64,000 bases of DNA. Origin: Podarcis erhardii. Lineage: Eukaryota. Positions within the stretch are counted from its first letter, which is position 1; every line of letters begins with the position of its first letter. Where the stretch lies: the NCBI GenBank assembly GCA_964252035.1, contig OZ176205.1, one strand, 5' to 3'. Shown in pieces: positions 1 through 12,968 of this stretch. Under the pieces are notes generated by a model, which saw only the letters and a program-made list of their open reading frames with translations, was not told where the DNA came from and ran no database searches. The position numbers and the translations under genes are program-made.

Positions 1-48
1 TAGATGACCCTTGGGGTCACTTCCAACTCCACAATTCTATGATTCCAT
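1..48 (+). mobile_element. CR1-type 3' tail cut by the window start
   Basis: TAGATGACCCTTGGGGTCACTTCCAACTCCACAATTCTATGATT. Confidence 0.75.
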
Positions 49-100
49 ATCCCTATCAGCCTAAAATGGCCAACCGTTTGGGATGAAGGGAGCTGCAGTT

Positions 101-109
101 CATCATCAA

Positions 110-138
<29 letters not shown>
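101..138. repeat. (CAT)n microsatellite
   Basis: Directly visible; explains the poly-His and poly-Met ORFs. Confidence 0.95.
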
Positions 139-144
<6 letters not shown>

Positions 145-2150
145 TCACAGATTCTCTATTCCTGAAGTAGACAAAAGGACTGGAAATGTTCAGGGGGAGG
201 GGGATTTCTTTGTTTCCTCCCTCCCAGGCTCCCCCCATTTTTACAACGGAAAAGGGGAGAAAATCTGAGGGAACATCGAAGAACATCCTATGGACAGGCC
301 TTCTCCTTTGGAATGAGTGAAATGCCTTTGCTGGACAAGGACTTACTCTTCCAAAATGTTCAGTATGAAAATTGTTGTGCAAGACAGTCTACTGTATTAG
401 AGGATAATTTCTGTGTAAACTTGCAGTCATATATGATGTTCAAAATCTAGTGTGTGTATGTGTGTAATTTGCATTTAGAGGAGGTCGGCATCTTTATGAC
501 AGGAGCACAAGCTGTTGCGAATTGCTGCTTTCCTTGTTCTGGTGACCTCTGATCTAGGCCCCATCTAAACCATACATTTAAAACAGTATTATACCACTTT
601 TAACAGTTACGGATTCCCTCAAAGAATCCTAGGAAATCTAGTTTAAGGGGAATAGCCACCTCCTTTCAACTCCTAGCACTACAAAATCCCCACAGTTCCA
701 TGGCAAGAGGGATTGCCTGTTAAAACCACTCTGGAAGAGGTTGGAGGTGTAGGAAAAATCTGCTATCCTTCGGACCAGGTACCTCCCTTCCTTGGGGGTC
801 AATCTTGTCACCTCTCTTCCGCACATACCTTCCTAGAAGGCGTTTATACTTTTGAGGTTGCAATCCTACCTGGGAGTTAAGTCCACAAAACACAACACAC
901 ATTATCTCTGCATAAGACTGCTCAGTAAATTCCATAAATACAGTAGAATTCTATAGATGCCATCTAAGTCTCCTTCGGCCAAAAACAGTTGTATTTGTTA
1001 GTGATATTCACAATGCAGCTATCAGCCAGGTTTAAACAAGCATTCAGGTGAAGCCTTCCCTTTCAATAGAGAAACAGCCAACATGGCTTAAAGGTGGCCA
1101 TCACAGTCTGACAGGCAATGCTTCCTGAAAGGTACATTTACCCAGGAGACAAACAGACCTAGTTTAAAACGCAGGTTTAAAAGCTGCCTATTTTATGCAC
1201 TGGGTAGTAAAGAGTTTTACAAAGTTCTACAAAAATTTTACAAAGAAAAATTAAATAACCTTTTTTGGCAGCCAATCAGAGTAATACCCACAGCTGAAGA
1301 GAAAGACACTGCATGCATTTGTTTGTAAGAAATAATTGCAGAAAAGTGCACCAAGAACTAGCCTTGTGCATTACAAAATAAGGCTCTAGTTGCAATCAGA
1401 TCTTTGAGCACCAAGGAACTAGTGGCAATTCTCATGCATATAAAAGTGTAGCTGAAGAGCACATTTTCAATAGAGCTGATGGTTTAATTAAGGCAGACAT
1501 TAACCAAATTGATTTAGTATTTCCATCTGTCCTATTGAGCATCTGAAGTCTACAGACTTAGCATGCTTAAAAGGTCATATATATCTATACTTGTTTTATT
1601 CTACATGTTAAACTGCTCTTGAAATCAACTGATAACGGTTAAGAGATGAACGGGCCTGTATTAAAATAACAGCACAAACCTGCCAAAAACCAGGCACTTT
1701 TAAATCCCCCTGAAATCAAGGAGATTAATTTAAGCATGTGTTTAATCTTCCACTCAAGTCACTACTAAGTTCACCAACTCCCAACTATTTATTGCGCAGC
1801 AGCAAACTATTGTTTTAATATAGCTACCATCTGAAGCCATGGTTTGCTGTTGACTTACAAACCATGGCCCTTTAAAAATACGGCTTTGCATCGCTTGAGA
1901 ACCTAGCACCCTTTCTTAAACAGTTTGGACACTCTGTCCTGTCCCAGGAAGGTTAACACACTACAAGGGAATGAGACAAGAACAGCTGGAAAACAAAACA
2001 AACTTTCCATGCTGAAGGTTCCAGGTTCAATTTGTTATCTCCAGTTAACAGGATCACATAGGAAGTGATACGAAAAACCTCTTTCTGAGACCCTGTAGAG
2101 CTGCTACAGTATGAGCAGATAGAAGCTTGACTGTCAGACAGCTTTATGTA

Positions 2151-2536
2151 CCGTATTTTCGGGCGTTTAAGATGACTGGGTGTATAAGACAACCCCCCAA
2201 CTTTTCCAGTTAAAATAAAGAGTTTGGGATATACTCGCCGTATAAGACTACCCCTCTTCCAACACACACCAAATAAAAATTTAAAAAACCAGTCTCCAGT
2301 CCGGCTCGAAAATCTGCTCCACTTCCCAGTAGCCGAGGGCTTCTGGGGCCAATTTTCAAGTGTATTTCTGCTTCATCTAGAGAGCATGGTGTCTTCTGCT
2401 TTAATTTGCTGTCGTTTTATCCTTTGGTGGGGAGTTGCTGCAGGAGCTGCTGCTGTAGCCGGCGTATAAGACAACCCCCAACTTTTGAAAAGATTTTCCT
2501 GGGTTAAAAAGTAGTCTTATATGCCAAAAAATACAA
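2151..2536. mobile_element. Older Tc2-like non-autonomous element
   Basis: CCGTATTTTCGGGCGTTTAAGATGAC ... GTAGTCTTATATGCCAAAAAATAC; internal GTATAAGAC repeats; TA flanks. Confidence 0.7.
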
Positions 2537-2943
2537 TATTCACCATTTGCTACTGAGTCCTCCTCATTTGCTAACTGAGCCATTATTTTTCTATAACAAT
2601 TATCTTTTTGTACCTCACTGTTTTCATTTAAGTTTTTATTCCTCATTGGTTTTGCGCAGTATTTGTAGTTCAGCAGATTTGCTCTAAATCATTTTAAAAT
2701 TAATGATCGAAAATGGATTGCCTGCTTTGTAAAGTTCATTTTTCATTATCCCTTAATGAATCGCTTCATAAATGAAACGACATAATTAATAAAAAACAGA
2801 GCTTTTACTTAACATCTCTCCCTTTCTCTGTTTGCTGTCCTACTATACCAGGAGGCTAAAGCAAGCACACCTGGGGAAATGGAAATGGGGTTCTTAAAAT
2901 AAGAGATCACCGTGCTCATTGCAATGTTGGGGCTGTTATGTCA

Positions 2944-3174
<231 letters not shown>

Positions 3175-3402
3175 CTATTCCTACAGATGTGTGCACCTAC
3201 CAGGAGGCTTGAGCTCAGAGTTCGAAATTAGCCAGGTGCCAATAACATTTTGAACCTGGCTATCGCCTACCTGCGACCAAGTGAAGGTGCCCAAACTCCA
3301 CGATGGCGCCTGACATCTCCACCATCTGGAGGTCTATGGATCTTGACCATTTTCACACCCTAGCAACACTTCCTTGTAGAATTCTATTTGTTATGTTTTA
3401 CC

Positions 3403-4014
3403 AGCAGTGAGAGATTTTACTTTCTTGGGCTCCATGATCACTGCAGATGGTGACAGCAGTCATGAAATTAAGAGACGCCTGCTTCTTGGGAGAAAAGCAA
3501 TGACAAACCTAGACAGCATCTTAAAAAGTAAAGACATCACCTTGCCAACAAAGGTCTGTATAGTTAAAGCGATGGTTTTCCCAGTAGTGATGTATGGAAG
3601 TGAGAGCTGGACCATAAAGAAGGCTGATCGCCGAAGAATTGATGCTTTTGAATTCTTGTGCTGGGGAAAATCTTGAGAGCCCCATGGACTGCAAGAAGAT
3701 TCAACCTATCCATTCTGAAGGAAATCAGCCCTGAGTGCTCACTGGAAGGACAGATCCTGAAGCTGAGGCTCCAATACTTTGGCCACCTCATGAGAAGAGA
3801 AGACTCCCTGGAAAAGACCCTGATGTTGGGAAAGATGGAGGGCACAAGGAGAAGGGGACGGCAGAGGATGAGATGGTTGGACAGTGTTCTCGAAGCTACC
3901 AGCATGAGTTTGACCAAACTGCAGGAGGCAATGGAAGACAGGAGGGCCTAGCATGCTCTGGTCCATGGGGTCACGAAGAGTCGGACACGACTAAACAACA
4001 ACAACTAGCACAAT
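3403..4014 (+). mobile_element. Bov-B (RTE clade) LINE, 5'-truncated 3' end
   Basis: ORFs 3407..3676 and 3658..3951 give RT C-terminal sequence (EIKRRLLLGRKAM...VMYGSESWTIKK...LKLRLQYFGHLMRREDSLEKTLMLGK) split by a frameshift near 3665; ends GAGTCGGACACGACTAAAC(AAC)n. Confidence 0.92.
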
Positions 4015-5056
4015 CAGAATGAATTTCAGGAAACAAACAACAACAAAAAAGACTTTCAAACCGTCTGGCCCAAAAATGGCAACTAGGCATTCCGTTTTGG
4101 AGGCTGCAACCCTGGTTAAAGGAGCTTATAAATCTGAGCTTCTAACACTGCCTCCTCCTGTGTGCTGGGACCCCATGACAGACACACAAGAGGCAAGCCA
4201 AGTTATCATTCCTTCTATTTTTGTGGTTCAGACCGTGTGTGGCACTACTTAGGTTGCCAAAATAGCACAAAGGTCTGCACGATCCAACATTTGCAGAGCT
4301 ATTTTTTTAAAAGAAAGAAAAAACCCTACAGCAGGGGAGGAGGGCCAAATAGACTAGAAAGGACTGAGCATGCAATATGTGGTATAGAATAATGGTTGGA
4401 GGAAACCAGGGACGTGGTGGGGAGAGGGTGGAATTGATTGACCTGAACCTGTACCAAAACACTCTGCAGCACAGTATTTTGTTGCAGGCCCCCAGTTGCT
4501 GACCCCCTCCCGAACTGTAAAATGGGGATGAGGCCAGGGCACAGGCGATGTCTAGCTGCCACCCCAGCGAATTAATAGCTAAGCTGACCTCTGGCCCCAT
4601 AACTTCCTGGCTCACAACCCTTGCTCTTTACTGTGCAACACCAGCACTTGATTCCATTTGTGTACTGCTCCGGCAAATGTTTTCTAGAGCGGTGTTTAGA
4701 CGTATGAGGTTCCCAACTTTAAATAGCAGGGCATGCAAATCCTTGTTAGCACCAGTTATAAATAGCCCCCTAGTAAACTATATTATAACTCAGCTTGCAG
4801 ATTCTCCAAGTTTCTAAATGGGATGTTGCTATTATGGGCAGATATGAAAGGTCAGGAGTTAATTACTTCTCTGGTCAATAGCTGAAGGAAGCTGCCAGAG
4901 GATAAAATTTCAGGTATGACTTCTGACTGCAGTTTAGATTTTTATGAGTTCCCTTCTAGCCTAGAACTGTTTTGGTTTATTTTATTTCATTTTTGTGCTT
5001 CTTTATGAGAAGATGCACAAAATTTGCACCAGACCACCACAAGTTCATCTTACGTA

Positions 5057-5274
5057 CAGTGTTACCTCGGGTTAAGTACTTAATTTGTTCTGGAGGTCCG
5101 TTCTTAACCTGAAACTGTTCTTAACCTGAAGCACCACTTTAGCTAATGGGGCCTCCCGCTGCCGCCGGAGCCTGATTTCTGTTCTTATCCTGAAGCAAAG
5201 TTCTTAACCTGAAGTACTATTTCTGGGTTAGCAGAGTCTGTAATCTGAAGCGTATGTAACCCAAGGTACCACTG
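5057..5274. mobile_element. Tigger/pogo-like MITE, family A
   Basis: TIR CAGTG(G/T)TACC..., TA flanks, internal TTCTTAACCTGAAG repeats. Confidence 0.85.
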
Positions 5275-7805
5275 TACTGTAAAAAAACCAAAGCAACACA
5301 AAAAAACCCTCATTATTTTCCCTAACATTGCAGAATTTTGATCAAGATTGGCCACTAAAAGGTTTATTAAGAAGCAACAGCATACTCGCAGATATGCTTT
5401 CTGCAAGTGGTTAATAGATTCCCTAGGAAGAAAACAAAATGGAGCATTCTTCCTTTCCTTTCAAAAAGCTCCAAGTAGGCACATGGCAGAGGTTTATAAA
5501 ATTATGAGCAGCATGGAAACAGCTGGTATCCCCCCCCCCCGTAATATCTGAAGTTAGGGGAGGCGATTTGCTTAAGAATCGGGTCAATTGACTTATGGAA
5601 CTCATTACCACAATATGTGGAAACAGTCACTAGTTTCATATGGTTTAAGGCTAGATGCTGAGATTAGATGAGAGCTGCTGCCTTCTTGACTTGTTTGTGC
5701 GGTTCCCAAAAACATATGGCCAAGTGGGTTTATTTTTAGTCTCACCCAGCAAGACGAAGTCTTGTGTTCTTTAATCTGCAGGACTGACGGCAAGCTAGGC
5801 AAGACAGGTCAGTCTTAACAACTATTTTCTTTGCAGTAATTTATTGTATTAATAAAAAAATTATCCTGACTTCACCATAAGGTCCTAAAGTGGGTTTCAA
5901 TAATACACAACTATAAACAAAATTAGAACTGTTCCACCCATAAGAGAATGGTATAAATAGTGGCTGTAAGTGTATATTTAATGTGCATCATAATCCTCTG
6001 GACTTTTAATCAGATGTTATTGGACACAGTGGACCGATCTGTGTGTTATGCTAAATAAACCGTGGTCAATAAGTGGAAGCCAGTTTTTAGTCTGCAGTGT
6101 GGATGCCATCAATTCTTACCTAGCAACGAAAATCAAACTGCACAGTGCAGCCTTCCTTCCAAACAGGAATAGGTAAAGCACAACCACACACAAATCCAAG
6201 TCTAAACAAAAATATGTTATGTTTCTCCAGGAGAAAATAATGCGGCTCTATGCATCCTTTATCTGAAGGCCCAGACTCATTCTAGAAAACTTGTTTAGCA
6301 GGAGGGATTTAAAAAGCCATGGCTCGCCCACTGCAAAGAATCCTGGGAACTGTAGCTTGATAAAAGGGGTGCTGAGAGTTGTTCTCAGATTCCTCTCTCA
6401 GACCTACAATTCCCAGAGTTCCTTGGGAAGACAGACTGGTTGTCAAACCTCTCTGAAAATGGTGAGGTGGAACAAGGGTCTCGTAACAATCATCAGCACC
6501 TTTAACAAACTGCAGGGGAAACTAAAACGAACACAATGCACTAAAAGTTAATAATGAGAAGATCAGAATGGAATTTTGGGGTGGGGGGGTGGGGACCTGG
6601 CTATCAGCTACGCTTTGATCAAGAGAGCAAAAGGACATATTCACAAATTCACACCCTATTATATTGTTCTGAGAAATTTTACAGACTACAATAGTTAGCA
6701 GCCCAGAAGCCGGCGAACAATTCCTCCCAAAAAGAACATAGAATACTGCATAATTTCCAAGTTTGCCACAGTTCATTTTGTACTTAATATACCAGCGGCG
6801 CATCAATCTAAACTAACCACTTTGTGCAGTGGCATTACAGAACTGCATATATTTTCAAGTAAAATGTGTGCTAAAGGAACTATGGCTAAAGAACATTATG
6901 TCTATTCTAAAAGTTCAACGCCAGCCACACAGCCCAAACAGTTGAGACCTTGTATCTGAAGAAGTGTGCATGCACACGAAAGCTCATACCAAGAACTGAC
7001 TTAGTTGGTCTTTAAGGTGCTACTGGAAGGAATTTGTTTTGAGTTGAGACCTTGCACACTCTTACAAGGGGGCTTTGTGGCAGATGAGTCAATGTCCGCC
7101 AAGCTTGAAAGCCACTACTCTGGACTACCTCTACTGACAACAGCACTAAAGCAATCTTTTTTAAAATCACCACCAACGACAGGAAGTCGGCACAGAATCC
7201 GTAGCTAAATGCTTTGGTATTTTAAGTGAGGCACTTTCTGTATTTTAAAACAAAGGAGCAAGCTAACACATCAATACAGACAGACAGTACTTAATGCAAC
7301 ATGCATTAAAAATAAGAAGCCACATTATATACCTCTGCTGTAATTCTAGCCAATGGGTGGTATTCAAGTACTGTGTCCCAACTGTACAAGGATTTCCTCT
7401 TGCACAACAGGCCTCCCCCTTCAACACAGCTGGCACCTTCCCCAAGTCTTTTCCAGGGAGTATGGGGAATCCCATGCAGGGGGAAGAGAGAGGTGGAGAC
7501 TAGTAGCACAAGTAGGTATTGTCGCGCTGGTTAAATGTTCACTTAGTGCTATTTTGGATTCCACCCAACCTGCCTTACCGTTGGATTGTCTTGCTAAAGA
7601 TCAGCCTTTCATGAACTGATGCCCTCTTGTGTGCTGGTTGAGGCTCATGGAAGTTGTAGTCCAAATCACTAGGCTGGAAAAGGCTGGTACAGACTGTAGG
7701 ACAGCACCCCAGGAATACACACGGGAGTTTGTTTGTTTTTGCACCTGCAACTGCCTTTGGCCCTTCCTTGTAATTTCCTGCAATGTGCTGCAGGGAGGAT
7801 ATATA

Positions 7806-8485
7806 CCGTATTTTTCGCCCTATAGGACGCACCGGCCCATAGGACGCACCTAGTTTTTTTTGGGGGGGGGGGAAATCAAGGGGAAAAAATTTATTTCCCC
7901 CCCAGGTTTGCGCAGCCTTCCCCAAGCTAGAAGAGGGAGACAGAGCGCTCCGTCTCCCTCTTCTGCCTTCAGGGACAGCCTCTCTAGCCTCCGTGGGGCA
8001 GCGGCTTGCCCCGCTGTCCCCCGAGCTTGTGGGGCTGGCGGGGGGGGGGGAAGCAAGCTTGCTTCTCCCCCCGCCAGCCCCCAGATCAGGTCGGGGAATA
8101 GCGGGGTGGCGGCGCTCCGCCTCCCCGCTATCCCCCGAGCTTGTGGGGCTGGCGGGGGGGGGAGCAAGCTTGCTTCTCCCCCCCGCCAGCCTCCAGATCA
8201 GGTCGGGAAATAGCGGGGTGGCGGCACTCCGCCTCCCCGCTGTCCCGAGCTTTTGGGCTGCAGGCTGCTGCCCGCAAGCCTTGCGAGCCCGCGGGACCTC
8301 CCGCCGGGCTTGCAAGGCTTGCGGATAGCTTCCTGAAGCCTGGAGAGAGAGAGGGGTCGGTACTCACTGACCCCTCTCGCTCTCCAGGCTTCAGCGAAAG
8401 CCTGCATTCGCCCCATAGGACGCGCACACATTTCCCCTTCATTTTTGGAGGGGAAAAAGTGCGTCCTATAGGGCGAAAAATACGG
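7806..8485. mobile_element. Non-autonomous Tc1/mariner-superfamily (Tc2-like) element with GC-rich tandem core
   Basis: Perfect 27-bp TIR CCGTATTTTTCGCCCTATAGGACGCAC, TA on both flanks, no transposase. Confidence 0.85.
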
Positions 8486-8671
8486 TATGCATGATGGAAC
8501 TGCGACTGCATGTAGAGAAGAGGCACCCTTTTGCTCTCATTTCTACCAGTTAATATGTCAGTTTCCATATAGTCATCAATCTAGCCAGCACAGGCTTTGC
8601 ATCCATGGTTTTTAAACTAGAGAAAATGAGCAGGGATTGTGGGGAGGGGTAATGAAACTCACGTTTATGCA

Positions 8672-8809
8672 GGGCTCTTTGGTGCAATGGGTCAGTGCGC
8701 CTGGCTTGGTGTTTCGAGCCCATCCGGGGGGCAGCTGCGGGATGGATTCCTGTATTGCAGGGGGTTGGACTAGATGACCCTCGGGGTCTCTTCCAATTCT
8801 GATTCTATG
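8672..8809 (+). mobile_element. SINE-like retroposon: tRNA-Asn-like head + CR1-type tail
   Basis: GCTCTTTGGTGCAATGGGTCAGTGCGCCTGGCT..TGGTGTTTCGAGCCCATCCGGG aligns to recalled vertebrate tRNA-Asn with the anticodon arm deleted, then ATTCCTGTATTGCAGGGGGTTGGACTAGATGACC...ATTCTATG. Confidence 0.65.
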
Positions 8810-9927
8810 CACACACATGCCATCATTTAGCATCTCTAAAGCTGTGTGTGACAACTTTTCACCTTCGTCTTGCATCTCTGGAGACGCATGTAATTAAGCC
8901 AGCGTCAGCATAATCTTATCCTAAGAACGTTGTAAAATGGGAAGCCAGGAGGATATGCAAAGTAACAATTTCTGCAAGTCCCTTGTTGGGAAACGTTCAT
9001 TCGAAATATGGAAAGCTTAAAATTGCAAAGAGAGAATGGTAGTCTGCCTCTACCTTTATCATCTGCCACCAACTTAAAATTTCATACATTCTAGTTGCCA
9101 GGCATATTTCAAAGCAACATGCAGATTCTACACCCACCTAAGTCTATGTGGATCAGATCATGGCTCACCACACAGCTCTTGAGCACAAAAGCTGCATAAT
9201 GAGAAGGGCTAAGGGTCTGCCATGCCAGATAGTACATTAACCAGGTTTTGTCTCAACATATGGCCCATCATCCACTCTACAAGCCATGCAGCTACACCAG
9301 TCTTCTCCAACATTCATGCTGACTGAGGCTGATGGGACTTGTAGTCCGAAACAACTGAAAGGGAATCAGGCTGGAGAAGGTTGAGCTACACCGGAGGACT
9401 ACATGGGGAAATGCTGAACCACTTTCACTTAGAACACAGGAATTGTATTGCAAAAGGGGGAAAAAAGAGAAAGGACAGTGATTCATCGAAGAGAGTTCTT
9501 TCCAGTTAAACAAAAGGAAACACTGTATAGGACAGAACCGTAATTAAAAACTTAAGCCACAATTTCTACATTCAAACCGGAAAGGGGAAACATAAAAAAA
9601 CACAAACTGAACTTGATTAAAATGCCAAACTTGAAACGCTGTGCATTGTTCTGCAGTTTATTTACTCTGGATTGATTAATCCTGTTCCACTTAAGTCCAC
9701 TAGATGCACAGCCTCTGCTTGGTAGCAAAGCTTCCCACCCAGCGCTGCCCTCTCCCCCAGTTAAGACTTTCCTTTGGAAGAGCACAATGGAAACTCCAAT
9801 GGACTTTTTCCCTACATACCGAAAGAACAAACAAGTTTTGTAAGCTCAAAATTCCTTGGAGCAGGAGTGGGCAGACTTCAAAGAGAATCTATGTTGTTTG
9901 CATTAAAACTCATAGGTCCACCAACCA

Positions 9928-10302
9928 AGGTAAAGGTAAGAGACCCCTGACAGTGGACTCCAGTCACAGACGACTCTGGGGTTGCAGTGCTCATCTCACT
10001 TTATCGGCTGAGGGAGCCGGCGTTTGTCCACAGACAGTTTTTCCAGGTCATGTGGCCAGCTTCTGGTGCAACACTACATAGAAACCAGAGCAGCACACAG
10101 AAATGCCGTTTACCTTCCTGCCGGAGCGGTACCTATTTATCTACTTGCACTTTTTGGCATGCTTTTGAACTGCTAGGCTGGCAGGAGCTGGGACAGAGCA
10201 ATAGAAGCTCACCCCGTCGCGGGGAATTGAACTGCCGACCTTCTGGTCGGCAAGCCCAAGAGGCTCAGTGGTTTTAGACCACGGAGCCACCCGTGTCCCT
10301 AC
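9928..10302 (-). mobile_element. Sauria SINE
   Basis: tRNA-related head at high coordinates, (ACCTTT)n tail; TSD CCACCAACCA at 9918-9927 and 10303-10312. Confidence 0.9.
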
Positions 10303-11259
10303 CCACCAACCAAAGGCAGATGCAGAAAATAGGGGAGACACAGAAGTAAGGAACATATCCTGCCTTAGCACAGCCTCAAAAGTTGGTTTTAGTACCAGAA
10401 CTGGGCTCACCATCTTTTCACTCAAACTTCCGCTCCCAATCGCTCCATCCTGCCCCTACTTCAGATTTTGGTAACATTACTTAGAAGCATTTCATAGTTA
10501 TTTCCATTTCTGGAAAATAAAAATATGAGGCTCAAAAACACCTGGGAATTTACTGCAAATCATTCAGAAATTTACCAGCAGATCCTGGTGTGTCTTCTGC
10601 CGATCTCTGCCTTAGGGGGCTGCTGGTTATTTGGCAAAAGCACTTTAGGGAGATAACGCGAAGGTGATGAGATGCCTCACCTGTCACCGAGGCGGAAGCA
10701 AACACTCCTAGGAAACTGTCGTGTGCAACTCAAAATGACAATCTCCCAATATAATTTATCTGGTACGTTATTGTTTGGTGCATTTTGGACCAGCAACACA
10801 GCCGAGTGGGACTCTAACAACTCTGCAACACAAACAAAAATAGCCACCCACACAGCAAAGTATGCACAAGTTTCAAAAGTCTTCCTTGCTTAGGTTTCGG
10901 TTTCAAACAAACATCTGTTTTGGGTATTGTTTTGTTTTGAAAAAAAGGATTAACGTTTTGGATTCCATAACTGGGCTGTCCTATTTGTTCACAGGATATG
11001 AACTGTATGTATGTGTAAGAGTTAGAGCAGAATTGTGTAGTCTCTCAGTGTTTAAGGTGTAAGAGAGATCTCAAGGCCTAGATGAACAGGCTGGGACACC
11101 CACCCCCCTATGTAACACAGACTTGCAAAAAAATGCGGAGCAGCTTTTCTGACCTTGGTACCCATCAGATGTTTTAGACTACAACTCCCATTTGTTTCAA
11201 CCTGTGCAGTTTTGATGCCAGGTACTGATGGGCGTTGTAGTCCAAACACCCAGAGGGCA

Positions 11260-11662
11260 AAGGTAAAGGTAAAAGGTAAAAGGTAAGGTAAAGGACCCCT
11301 GGACGGTTAAGTCCAGTCAAAGGCGACCATGGGGTTGTGGCGCTCATCTTGCTTTCAGGCCAAAGGAGCCAGCGTTTGTCCACAGACAGCTTTCCCGAGT
11401 CATATGGCCAGCATGACTAAACAGCTACTGGCGCATGGAGGACCGTGACAAGTGCCAGAACACACGGAAACGCCGTTTACCTTCCCACTGCATTGGTACC
11501 TATTTATCTACTTGCACTGGCATGCTTTCGAACTGCTAGGTTGGCAGAAGCTGGGACAGAGCAACGGGAGCTCACTCCATCGCGGGGATTTGAACTGCCG
11601 ACCTTTCGATCAGCAAGTCCAAGAGGCTCAGTGGCTTAGGCCACAGTGCCACCCGCGTTCCT
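11260..11662 (-). mobile_element. Sauria SINE inserted in an older palindromic MITE
   Basis: Full length; TSD ACCCAGAGGGCA at 11248-11259 and 11663-11674. Confidence 0.9.
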
Positions 11663-11840
11663 ACCCAGAGGGCACCAGGTTGAGGAAGAAATGGCCGTGA
11701 ACCCACCAAATCCCTGCCCTTTGCAATATTATTTATTAAGTATTAATCACAAGTCGATGTACAATATAAGGTAACCACCTTTCAAATGCAAGACACTCGG
11801 GATTCAAATGCAACTTGCAGTAAGGCGCTCAGCTCTGGCG

Positions 11841-11841
<1 letters not shown>

Positions 11842-11889
<48 letters not shown>
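11842..11889. repeat. (AC)n microsatellite
   Basis: ~24 AC units. Confidence 0.95.
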
Positions 11890-11892
<3 letters not shown>

Positions 11893-12231
11893 TGTGCCAC
11901 AGTTCATATGTAACACCTACCCACTCCCTACAAGCACCACAAACTTAATCTTTAAAACTAACTTCACACAAAGAAGCAGCCAATATAAGAGGTCTGGTGA
12001 TACAAAATGTTTTTTGCCTGGCACTGAAATCAATATATATGAGTTGGTGCAAGGCAGACTTCCCTAGGGAGAGCATTCCAAACATTGGGGAGGGGGCAAC
12101 AGCTGAAAAGGTCTTCTCCCTTGGCAGCACCTTTAAACCTTTTTGGAGAGCGAAGGAATATATTGTTTAGAAAAGATTCCCTCATCCGTCACTGGATTCG
12201 TACTCAATTGCAGCAACCAGGCAAATTCATA

Positions 12232-12486
12232 CAGTGGTGCCTCACAAGACGAAAAGAATCCGTTCCGCGAGTCTCTTCGTCTTGCGAAGCAACCCTATTA
12301 GCGGCTTAGCGGCTTAGAAAAAGGGGGGGGGGGAGCGAAAAAAATCGCAAGACTCGCAAGACGTTTTCGTCTTGCGAAACAAGTCCATAGGGAAATTCGT
12401 CTTGCGAAGCGCCTCGAAAAACGGAAAACCCTTTCGTCTAGCGGGTTTTTCGTCTTGCGAGGCATTCGTCTTGCGGGGCACCACTG
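12232..12486. mobile_element. Tigger/pogo-like MITE, family B
   Basis: TIR CAGTGGTGCCTC(G/A)CAAGACGAA, TA flanks, internal TTCGTCTTGCGA repeats. Confidence 0.85.
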
Positions 12487-12823
12487 TACTTACCAGTCTG
12501 ATGTGGTAAAATCTTTCAAACACATCAAGTGCACTGGACCACTTAAGTATAAAGTTATTGTCAGATATGTACGGCTCTATCTCCATTAGCCAGGCAGCAA
12601 TGGGCCCAACGTTACCATTGTCTACTTCATAGTTGTGTAGCATGTTCTAGGCTGGAGGGTATGTACTGCTGGCTTTACTAAAACAGCTCCTCATCCATAA
12701 AAAGAGAGAGGCATTCAAGCATGCCATCTCATGGAAGCTCTTTGCACTCATCACTGTGGCAACTGCCTCACCTGTCACCAATTCCTGTGTGTACAATGTT
12801 GTACAACTGGCTTTTAACCTGGC

Positions 12824-12960
12824 CAGTGTTTCCCAAACTTAGGTCTCCAATTGTTGTTGGACTACAACTCCCATCATCCCTAGCTAGCAAGACAAGTGGG
12901 TCATGGATGATGGAAACTGTAGTCCAAAAGCAGCTGGAGACCCAAGTTGGGGAAACATTG
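12824..12960. mobile_element. ~137-bp palindromic hAT-like MITE
   Basis: CAGTGTTTCCCAAACTT..GGACTACAACTCCCATCATCC / GATGATGGAAACTGTAGTCC..GGGAAACATTG. Further copies at 15139-15275, 22391-22527, 39362-39494, 42555-42674, and an interrupted one at ~11150-11690. Confidence 0.8.
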
Positions 12961-12968
12961 GCCTAGAG

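Noticed and set aside
56-382. Poly-His and poly-Met ORFs
   Set aside because: Products of the (CAT)n microsatellite.
7575-8568. 246-aa and other ORFs suggesting a transposase
   Set aside because: Translations repeat with the 113-bp tandem unit; no DDE or HTH motifs.
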